From IMG/VR virus record IMGVR_UViG_3300045988_148153, positions 381 through 64,380 of that record: a DNA stretch of 64,000 bases. One strand, written 5' to 3'. Shown in pieces: positions 57,323 through 64,000 of the stretch. The position numbers and the translations under genes were made by a program. The stretch is from a virus. A model generated the notes under the pieces. It made no database searches. It was not told where the DNA came from and saw only the letters and a list, made by a program, of their open reading frames with translations. How positions within the stretch are numbered: the first letter of the stretch is position 1; every line of letters starts with the position of its first letter.

Positions 57323-58165
57323 ATGGAGACTTTAAAGAACGTGTTTTTGAAGAAATACCCGCAATACGAGAAAGTTTTACGAGTATACGAAGAGGTTAAT
57401 AAAGTAGAATGTACATTCGACAGCATAACAAAGCCGAGGCTGTACAACTTTGTTCAGGCTCTTAATGAAAGAGTAGCCACCAATAGCGCTAAAACCTATT
57501 GCGCTATGCTTAAATCGGTTCTTAATCTGTATAATGATGTATATTCCTTCCCGAAAGGTTTCGAGGTTATATTGACCTTGAAAAAGGACGCTACGCAAAG
57601 TACATGGTTAACGGACGACGAGATAAAAACACTGTTGGCATATAACCCGATTAACGATACGGAACGGGCTGTGAAAAACTGCTTTTTGCTCGGTTGTCTT
57701 ACCGGTGCCAGGCATTCAGATTACATCAACTTTACGGATGATAATATAATAGACGGACGACTGATATACATTTCCCAGAAAACGAAAACAAAGGCCGAAA
57801 TACCTGCGGCGCCTGCCGTGTTGCGTATTCTGAAGGAAAACCGGGAATATGGTATCAATGAACGAAAGGTTTCGGATGTGACATTTAACGATACGATAAG
57901 AAGTATTTGCCGCCGGTGCGGGATAAATAAGCGGATAAAACTATATCAGGCGGGTGAATATATAACCGGTGAAAAGTGGGAGTTTATTTCCTCGCATTCC
58001 GCCCGGAAGTCTTGCGCAACCAACTTATATTTAAGAGGTGCGGATTTGTATTCTATCAGCCGGATGTTGGGGCACTCCAGCGTAACGATGACCGAAACGT
58101 ATATATGTTGTGGGCTGCGTGAATTGTCGGATAAGGTTATGGGGTATTTCAAAGGTTTTGAATAA
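57323..58165 (+). CDS. small tyrosine recombinase / integrase
   Basis: GARHSDY (Arg I), SHSARKSCAT (HxxR) and LGHSSVTMTETY (His ... Tyr nucleophile). Start set at the ATG at 57323. Confidence 0.8.
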   Translation: METLKNVFLKKYPQYEKVLRVYEEVNKVECTFDSITKPRLYNFVQALNERVATNSAKTYCAMLKSVLNLYNDVYSFPKGFEVILTLKKDATQSTWLTDDEIKTLLAYNPINDTERAVKNCFLLGCLTGARHSDYINFTDDNIIDGRLIYISQKTKTKAEIPAAPAVLRILKENREYGINERKVSDVTFNDTIRSICRRCGINKRIKLYQAGEYITGEKWEFISSHSARKSCATNLYLRGADLYSISRMLGHSSVTMTETYICCGLRELSDKVMGYFKGFE

Positions 58166-58242
58166 CATGTTTAAAAACATGCTTTATAAGACAAATCGCA
58201 GATTAATAAACAATAATTTTGCAAACAATAAAAAATAAGATT

Positions 58243-58443
58243 ATGAAAACTTACGATGTACATTTCAACGACGCCAACGATTTTAACAACAAGGGTTTTA
58301 AGGAATCGTTCGAGTATTGTAAGGGGTATATAGAATCCTATAACGGTACCGATGAATCTTACTTTGCCGATTATAAGGGCGGTATTGTTTCAATTGTGTG
58401 TAATGAGAGTGGAGAAGAAGTCTATTCGGAAGAGGTAAAATAA
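58243..58443 (+). CDS. hypothetical small protein
   Basis: Start at the ATG at 58243 (MKTYDVHF); the track start is a TTG. Confidence 0.45.
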   Translation: MKTYDVHFNDANDFNNKGFKESFEYCKGYIESYNGTDESYFADYKGGIVSIVCNESGEEVYSEEVK

Positions 58444-58454
58444 AATATATCTCT

Positions 58455-58694
58455 ATGGCACAAGCAAGTAAATACGCATATGATGAAGATAGTGTAAAGG
58501 CTATCGTTCATTGGGCTTTAACGGCTCAATTACCCACTCAAATAGAGTTGAGCGAATCGGAGAATATATTAGATGTTCAGAAGTACATACAAGCGAATAT
58601 ACACGATATAAACCAGCATTTTCCAGATCCGTTTTACAATCCGGCGATTGACAGGCTGTATCGGTTAAAAGAGTTTATGGAAAAACAAGAATGA
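58455..58694 (+). CDS. hypothetical protein
   Basis: 79-aa ORF. Confidence 0.45.
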   Translation: MAQASKYAYDEDSVKAIVHWALTAQLPTQIELSESENILDVQKYIQANIHDINQHFPDPFYNPAIDRLYRLKEFMEKQE

Positions 58695-58698
58695 TTTT

Positions 58699-58760
58699 AT
58701 AACCCAGTGGGTTATTTCGTTTGTTTTGGGTTGAATTTAACCCACTGGGTTGTTTGGGTT
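58699..58760. repeat. palindrome cluster; 58725-58760 is a perfect 36-bp inverted copy of 4547-4582
   Basis: ATAACCCAGTGGGTTAT lies at 58699-58715 and AACCCACTGGGTT at 58739-58751. The 36-mer identity was checked base by base. Confidence 0.85.
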
Positions 58761-59537
58761 ATAACTTGCTGTCCATCTTTTCAAATTCTTCCTGTACGGA
58801 CTTGTTCAATACTTTGGCGTATATCTGGGTCGTTTTTATGTCTGTGTGCCCCAACATTTTAGCGAGATTTTCAATAGACACTCCCATATTTAAAGCCATT
58901 ACCGCAAAACTATGCCTTGCCATATGGGAATGAAGGCTTAATTTGATTTTAGCAAGTTCTTGAACGATTTTCAGTCTTAAATTATATTGGTAATTGCTGA
59001 TAGCCGGCAGTTTGAAATCATATTTTCTCAATATTTCCATTGCGGGTTTGAGAAGCATAAGGAAATACTCCTCTTGAGTTTTTACTCTTACATCCCTTAT
59101 AAAGAATTTATTCTTTCTCTCTATAACCGTGCTGAAATCGAATTTAAACAGGTCTGCATACGACAATCCGGTAAAACATTGAAATATGAATAAGTCTCTC
59201 ACTTTATCAATGCTTTCAGAAGCTATTTCTAAGCTCCGTATTTGATTTATTTGTTCTATGGTGAGGTATTTTATTCCTTCGCTTTTTCCCCTGTCGAATT
59301 TGAGCTTATTATAGGGGTTTTCTTTGATAAGCTCGTATTTTATCGATTCGTTTATGTATCTCTTTAGCCTTTTATGATAGCCGTGTACCGTCCAACATCT
59401 ATTTGTATGCTATTTCTTCCATTCCTTGCATTGGAAAGTTTTTGTTTGGTCAAATCTGGAATCTCTTTGCATAAAGAGGCTCCGCTTATACCGACTTTGT
59501 CAAGTATTTCAAAAAACCTTTTTGTGACATCACCCAT
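58759..59537 (-). pseudogene. second small tyrosine recombinase, split by one frameshift
   Basis: The catalytic part (HSHMARHSFAV, LGHTDIKTTQIYAKV) lies in an open frame at 58759-59409. A 57-codon ATG ORF (59364-59537) in another frame supplies the N-terminus. Confidence 0.6.
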
Positions 59538-60052
59538 AATTTTTCACTTTTTATTTTGCGGTACAGAAAATATGTACTACATTTGTCGCCGTAATAAGTG
59601 CGAGATGTTACCAGACATTGATTAAACATTCTCCTTATGGAGTTTATATATGATTGCCTCGTAGTAGCTCGCACCTATTACGGGGCTTTCTATTTAAAGC
59701 CAGTTATACAATCGGCGGTAGGCTGCATAAGCAGAGAGACAGAGGGTTGTATTCCTAAAACTCGATACTGCGTGGGCGTGAGAAATCGAGAGGCGAACGA
59801 AACCGGAGTGCCTTCACAGCGACAAGTAAGCGAAAAGTCCGGGAAGATGGTAACTTGTTAATGCCATCCAGCTAAAAACAGCGTACTTTATACGAGCGAT
59901 GACTGTTTGAATGCTGCTAATAGCCAAGAGGCGTAAAACCCTCTAAAGGGCGAACTATGCAGCATTCAGCACCTTTACCGAGTGAGACTTTTACTTAATA
60001 AGTTAATTATTAGATTATAAATACTTGAAAATATAATTTTAAATTATAGCTT

Positions 60053-60795
60053 ATGAATGAACTTGTTTTTAAAGGTCAGAACGACTAAGTTTTAACTAAT
60101 AGTCTATTAGTGGCTGAAAAGTTTGGAAAAAGACATGCCGATGTAATAAGAAGCATTGATAATATTCTTAATACAGAGGATGAATCACTCAACGCAAAAA
60201 TGCGTTTAGCTTTTGTTTCAACGACTTACGAAGATGTAACCGGCAAAAGTAATCCAGCTTATATTATGAATCAAAAAGGTTTCTCTATTTTGGTTATGGG
60301 ATGGAATGGCATAAAGGCATTGAAATTCAAGAATGATTTTTACGATGCTTTTGAAGCGATGGAAAAAGCGCTAAAAGAGCAAAGGAAACCATTATCCCAG
60401 CTTGAAATCCTTGTTCAGTCCGCACAAGCTTTGCTTGAACAAAGCAGGCGTATCGAAAATGTAGAAAAACGCTTAGATGCAATGGAACAAGAAAGAGAGG
60501 AAAACGGTAAATTGCTTTTGGCTGTATCAGTTTCATCAGAGAAAGTCCCGGAAATGCCTTTGCGTGACAAAATACGTCAGTTGGTGAATAAATATGCTTC
60601 AGCACTAATACGAGACAGCAAGATGTGTGGCATAAGATTTACGACCAGCTTTATTATCTATACCATATATCAATACGCAACTACAAGAAAATAAGGCGTG
60701 ATGAGTCCAAACTTGAAATCGCTGAACGTAATCATTTTCTTGATAAAATATACACCATTATTTCAAACCTCATTCGAGAATACAAGGCTGCTTAA
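60053..60795 (+). pseudogene. Rha-family phage regulatory protein, decayed
   Basis: MNELVFKGQND-TAA-VLTNSLLVAEKFGKRHADVIRSI: there is an in-frame TAA at 60086-60088. The conserved C-terminus QQDVWHKIYDQLYYLYHISIRNYKK...IREYKAA continues in another frame after about 60600. Confidence 0.65.
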
Positions 60796-60922
60796 GTAGT
60801 CTATAACCGATTGTAAACATTTCAAAGACCAATTTTAGACCTGTTTTTTATGCCTTGGATAAATATGTTTTATAACATATAATTTTTTGTACTATTTTCT
60901 TTAAAGTACAAAATATATGCAC

Positions 60923-60930
60923 TATCTTTG
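60923..60930 (+). promoter_or_regulatory. -7 box TATCTTTG
   Basis: It matches TAnnTTTG and lies upstream of the 61081 gene block. Confidence 0.4.
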
Positions 60931-61080
60931 CGATGTTCTTAGAACGAAAGAACGACGGCAACAAGGCATAAAAAATAGAAGCAACTATAAAGCCGCTTAT
61001 CTTTTGTTTTTACATCGGCGAATATAGTGTATTTTCTATATAAAAGCAAATAAAATGAGAAAATTTATATAATAAGTGGT

Positions 61081-61287
61081 ATGAAAATAACAAGAGAAGA
61101 TATTTTGAAGATAAAACCTGGGAGTTCGCTCAAGGTACGCTTAAGTGATTATAGGGCTTGCGATTCGGCGAGGGCTATTGCTTATAGAACTGCACTGGCA
61201 GACCCAAGGCCGGATGTGGAGAGGTATAAAGTATCCATTAATACGAAGACATGGGAATTAACAATTACAGCTATTAAAAAGTCATGA
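61081..61287 (+). CDS. hypothetical small protein
   Basis: 68-aa ORF with an ATGA overlap onto the next gene. Confidence 0.5.
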   Translation: MKITREDILKIKPGSSLKVRLSDYRACDSARAIAYRTALADPRPDVERYKVSINTKTWELTITAIKKS

Positions 61288-61532
61288 CCCGTACAGAAGC
61301 AAGAATCTTAGCAGAAGAATTGTACAAACTTATGCGCAAGGATGTGAAAATGTTTGTAGAAGCAACGGTGGTAAAATGCTCTGATGAATGGGTCGGGGTA
61401 GGAGAGCCCGCCGAAATTCTTGGATGTTCAACAGGAACTCTTTATAACAATATATCTAATATTCCTCACACAAAGAATGGTAGACTTCTTCGGTTTAAAA
61501 AATCAGCATTGATTAAATATTTGGAAAGATGA
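61284..61532 (+). CDS. excisionase-like / MerR-type HTH DNA-binding protein
   Basis: WVGVGEPAEILGCSTGTLYNNISNIPHTKNGRLLRFKKSALIKYL fits the Xis/HTH_17 pattern. Confidence 0.6.
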   Translation: MTRTEARILAEELYKLMRKDVKMFVEATVVKCSDEWVGVGEPAEILGCSTGTLYNNISNIPHTKNGRLLRFKKSALIKYLER

Positions 61533-61765
61533 AAACCTACGATTTAAACAGAGCCTCTCGGCTTGCACTTCGGATAGCCTTAGTTATTGCGGTAATGGCA
61601 GGATGTATATACAGCGGCCATGTGGAATACAACGACGATGTGTTATCCGGCATGAGTTCTGATAAGTACGACTTTATCAGTATCCAGATAAATGACAGTT
61701 CGCAGTCGGCGGTAGTATCCGAGTATATGAGCAACAAGCAGTACTACGACAGCCTCGACTATTAG
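61529..61765 (+). CDS. small membrane protein
   Basis: 78-aa ORF with one TM segment (LALRIALVIAVMAGCIY). Confidence 0.5.
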   Translation: MKTYDLNRASRLALRIALVIAVMAGCIYSGHVEYNDDVLSGMSSDKYDFISIQINDSSQSAVVSEYMSNKQYYDSLDY

Positions 61766-61774
61766 AAAACATCT

Positions 61775-61891
61775 TCCCTCTTATCTCAGCCAGACAGAGT
61801 GTCGCCTCGGTTATTATTCGTGAAAGTTTAGTTATTTCCGGTCTGTGTATTCCGGTGGTGAAGGTCGCACGTTCGAATCGTGCAGAGGGAG
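61775..61891 (+). tRNA. tRNA-like element with a 50-nt anticodon loop (interrupted tRNA-Arg(CCG)-like)
   Basis: It has a perfect 7-bp acceptor stem (TCCCTCT/AGAGGGA), U8, a D arm (TCTC-AGCCAGACA-GAGT), an anticodon stem (TCGCC/GGTGA), a variable loop (AGGTC) and a T arm (GCACG-TTCGAAT-CGTGC). The last 7 nt of the oversized loop read TTCCGGT. Confidence 0.5.
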
Positions 61892-62344
61892 CATTATACA
61901 TAGTTCTTTGACATGATTAGATATATAATATAAGATATATTTCTGCGTAGGCACAGAAGCGAAGCCCGGACGGGTGGATAGTGGTGGGTGCAAGTGGAAC
62001 GGAATTGACACCGATAGCAACCAAGGATAAGCCGATGACGGGCGAATGGTTGCAAATGTCTGATAGTGGTAAAGCCACAAAGTTGAAACGAACTTTCTTT
62101 CAGCCAAGAAAATCATCTTTACTTGTGCAAGTATGCGGGGTAGGTGTCCGTATCGCTGAAAGATACAGGTCATAAAGACAACATAAGCGTCCGATACAGT
62201 CTTAAATCGGTATAAAGTAGCGGTGGTAATGAAAGGCGGCCGTACACGCTTATTATATATACTCCCTTCCCGTCAAATTCGGGCACGCTGAAAAGCCAAA
62301 CACGTATTGTTGCGTTGAGGGGAGCACTTAATATTGAAATTAAT

Positions 62345-62716
62345 ATGAGAGACAGAGAAGTTACTTTTGACGGAAAGAACCTTTCCTTTTACATTGACAA
62401 TGTTCAGATTGTCAATGGAGAAATGCCGGATTCATATGAAATAAACGGTAAATATACAATTGACAATGAATCTTTAACCAGATTAGTATCCGCTTTGAAA
62501 AAAGATGTATATGGCGTGGTGAAACAGAAAATATTTAGTAGTTCCTATCTGGGCTGTAAGTCATCATATTACTATTGGATATATTCCCAAAATGATCTTC
62601 CGGAAGGAGTGGAAGATATGATTAATGCTCTTAACAGAAGGGTGAAAGAACTGGAAGGAGATATAGAGTATCATAACAGCTTGCCGTGGTATAAACGGTT
62701 CAAAAAAATAGAATAA
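62345..62716 (+). CDS. hypothetical protein
   Basis: Start at the ATG at 62345 (MRDREVTF), 123 aa. Confidence 0.5.
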   Translation: MRDREVTFDGKNLSFYIDNVQIVNGEMPDSYEINGKYTIDNESLTRLVSALKKDVYGVVKQKIFSSSYLGCKSSYYYWIYSQNDLPEGVEDMINALNRRVKELEGDIEYHNSLPWYKRFKKIE

Positions 62717-62982
62717 ATAATTCCCGTGGCTCTCAATAGATGTTTGAGAGTAGTAAAGCTACCATCGGAACGCTCACGGGAGCAATTATTCCATTATAAA
62801 CCTAATGCTGTACAGGCAAGCGTACCTATTTATGAAAAAGAAGAAAAAATCAATCCGCCTTTCAAAGAAGAGAAGCGGATTAAAATCAAAAGGATGGATA
62901 ATTTCAGAAGATGGTACAAGTTATTTTAAACTACCATCAAATCTGCATAATGAATCATCATTGCGCCCCGTCCAAAATTCCA

Positions 62983-63240
62983 TCATAGGAGGTTTTGTTC
63001 ACCAACCAAATGAATAAGGTCAAATTGCATGATATACCCGCAATCACTACATGTCATTGACAAAACGGGCTTATATGCAACCTTGTCTATCACAAGGCTT
63101 GTTCCTCTGCGTTCGTACATCATGTTTTGTACTTCATCGGTGTCGTAATTTAGGTTACCACATTTACATACCGGGAATTTCAACTCTTTTGGAGCGAGTT
63201 TTGATAAGGCGAGAGTTAGGTTTTCTTTTGAGATTTTCAT
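62983..63240 (-). CDS. small zinc-ribbon-like protein
   Basis: 85-aa ORF with CKC ... CSDC cysteine pairs. A hairpin AATCCGC/GCGGATT lies downstream. Confidence 0.5.
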   Translation of the reverse strand: MKISKENLTLALSKLAPKELKFPVCKCGNLNYDTDEVQNMMYERRGTSLVIDKVAYKPVLSMTCSDCGYIMQFDLIHLVGEQNLL

Positions 63241-63569
63241 AATTAATAAATTTTAAAATTCGACAATAGCAAAAGTAACAATAAAAAACAAAGGGCGCAT
63301 CTTGTTCCATGATAATTTTAAAATTCGGCACTTTAAATTTTATTTGGTGTGCCCTTTATCTCCTTTTCCTGACAATGACGTGATGCCGCCAATCGAATTG
63401 GCTCAGGGGAACAAAACTGTAAAAAATATGCAATGTTGGTATTTGGTTCATTCACGAACCTTGTTTTCAGACATGGCAAGCCCCCGTTCGTGAGAATAGA
63501 GGCTTTCCTTCGGAGTTAGGACATGCGTTATTGCATTCCAGACTATAGATGAAGTATTTGTTTAGTCGT

Positions 63570-63602
63570 AGCCGGGCGGTCTGTGAAGATAGTCCGGTTT
63601 TT
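63570..63602 (+). other. hairpin presenting the conserved loop GGTCTGTGAAGATA (copy 2), followed by a T-run
   Basis: 8-bp stem AGCCGGGC/GTCCGGTT (two G-U pairs), a 14-nt loop identical to 3403-3416, then TTTTT. Confidence 0.5.
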
Positions 63603-63628
63603 ATTTGAAACCCACTAATAACAATTAT

Positions 63629-64000
63629 ATGAAAACATTTGAAGAATTAAAAGAAGAACTATTAATCCGCGCCAAAAATGCTGGCGCATGTCAAGCTGGC
63701 TATGCAATGGGATTAAGAAGTAATACAAAATCCGACCTGTTAAAAGCCATTACTGAAAATTGGTTTTGGGTTTTGAGGAGTGCAAAGATTGTCGATGCCA
63801 AATACCTGGAAGACAACTTCACGGAAGAGGAGTTATCGGAAGCCGGTATTTATATCAGGAATACCCATGAGGTTAGAACAGTCTCATTTGCCTGCGGCAG
63901 TGCAACGGTGAAAGCCTACGACAGTGCAACGGTGAAAGCCTGCGACAGTGCAACGGTGGAAGCCTACGACAGTGCAACGGTGAAAGCCTACGGCAGTGCA
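63629..64000 (+). CDS. repeat-containing protein (5' partial; runs off the window), paralog of 34805..35311
   Basis: It starts at the ATG at 63629 and the frame is open to the window end. It ends in SATVKAYD-type octapeptide repeats. Confidence 0.6.
   Translation, partial: MKTFEELKEELLIRAKNAGACQAGYAMGLRSNTKSDLLKAITENWFWVLRSAKIVDAKYLEDNFTEEELSEAGIYIRNTHEVRTVSFACGSATVKAYDSATVKACDSATVEAYDSATVKAYGSA
63898..64000. repeat. 24-bp tandem repeat (at least 4 copies, continuing beyond the window)
   Basis: cagtgcaacggtgaaagcctacga units with point variants, in frame within the CDS. Confidence 0.85.

Noticed and set aside
4547-58760. Reading the 36-bp inverted repeats as the ends of a programmed 54-kb invertible segment.
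   Set aside because: Inversion would fuse the replication-organiser gene to antisense sequence and scramble the operon order. The adjacent recombinase is frameshifted. I kept the repeat as a recombination-site or relic hypothesis only.
62060-62089. Hammerhead-like string CTGATAGTGG-TAAAG-CCACAAAGTTGAAAC.
   Set aside because: The core deviates from CUGAUGA...GAAA at essential positions (G8 is missing and G12 is A), and no stems I or III could be drawn.
62146-62171. Hairpin CCGTATC-GCTGAAA-GATACAGG, resembling group II intron domain V.
   Set aside because: It is a single short helix without the two-helix 34-nt architecture or the AGC triad. There is no reverse transcriptase or maturase gene and no 5' GUGYG boundary in the window.
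61832-62175. ORFs 61832..62173 (-), 61981..62175 (+) and 61677..61901 (-).
   Set aside because: They overlap the tRNA-like element or the helix-rich non-coding stretch. One has a GTG start, their amino-acid composition is odd, and they have no coupled neighbours.
1-64000. A search for attL/attR direct repeats, host flanking genes, CRISPR arrays, rRNA genes and transposases.
   Set aside because: None was seen. All tandem repeats lie in frame inside coding regions, and both window ends still look phage-derived, so prophage boundaries cannot be called.

Overview
Nearly the whole 64-kb window reads as one temperate siphovirus-like phage or prophage. The host is probably Bacteroidales, inferred from TAnnTTTG -7 boxes, a BACON-like domain, lipobox lipoproteins and DUF4494/DUF4411-type genes. 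Layout: (1) 0.1-12.5 kb (+): early module with an annealase, YqaJ exonuclease, a small protein with an SSB-type DDLPF tail, NinB/Orf, VRR-NUC, a replication organiser plus DnaC-like loader, three consecutive DNA methyltransferases and many small ORFs. (2) 13.4-25.4 kb (-): tail fibres, a lysis cassette (holin, 2-TM peptide, and an M15 endolysin interrupted by a 350-aa LAGLIDADG intein), a 1414-aa tail-tip protein and Dit. (3) 25.5-34.8 kb: an AT-rich cargo island wedged between Dit and the tape measure, carrying two Bro-N antirepressor-like genes, duplicated small genes, a membrane/lipoprotein operon and an ImmA/IrrE-DUF4411 pair. (4) 34.8-46.8 kb (-): tape measure, a split HNH homing endonuclease, G/GT-type chaperones with an A9 slippery run, a major tail protein with a BACON-like domain, connectors, capsid and scaffold. 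(5) 47.2-51.7 kb (+): TerL, portal and a head morphogenesis protein. (6) 51.8-54.4 kb (-): SF3 helicase/primase. (7) 54.4-55.5 kb: an origin-like non-coding hub. (8) 55.5-64 kb: a small tyrosine integrase, a frameshifted second recombinase, a decayed Rha gene, an Xis-like HTH, an interrupted tRNA-like element and long structured non-coding stretches. I saw no rRNA, CRISPR array, transposase or clear host flank. All functional calls come from motif recognition by eye and from memory of protein families. No search or folding program was run.
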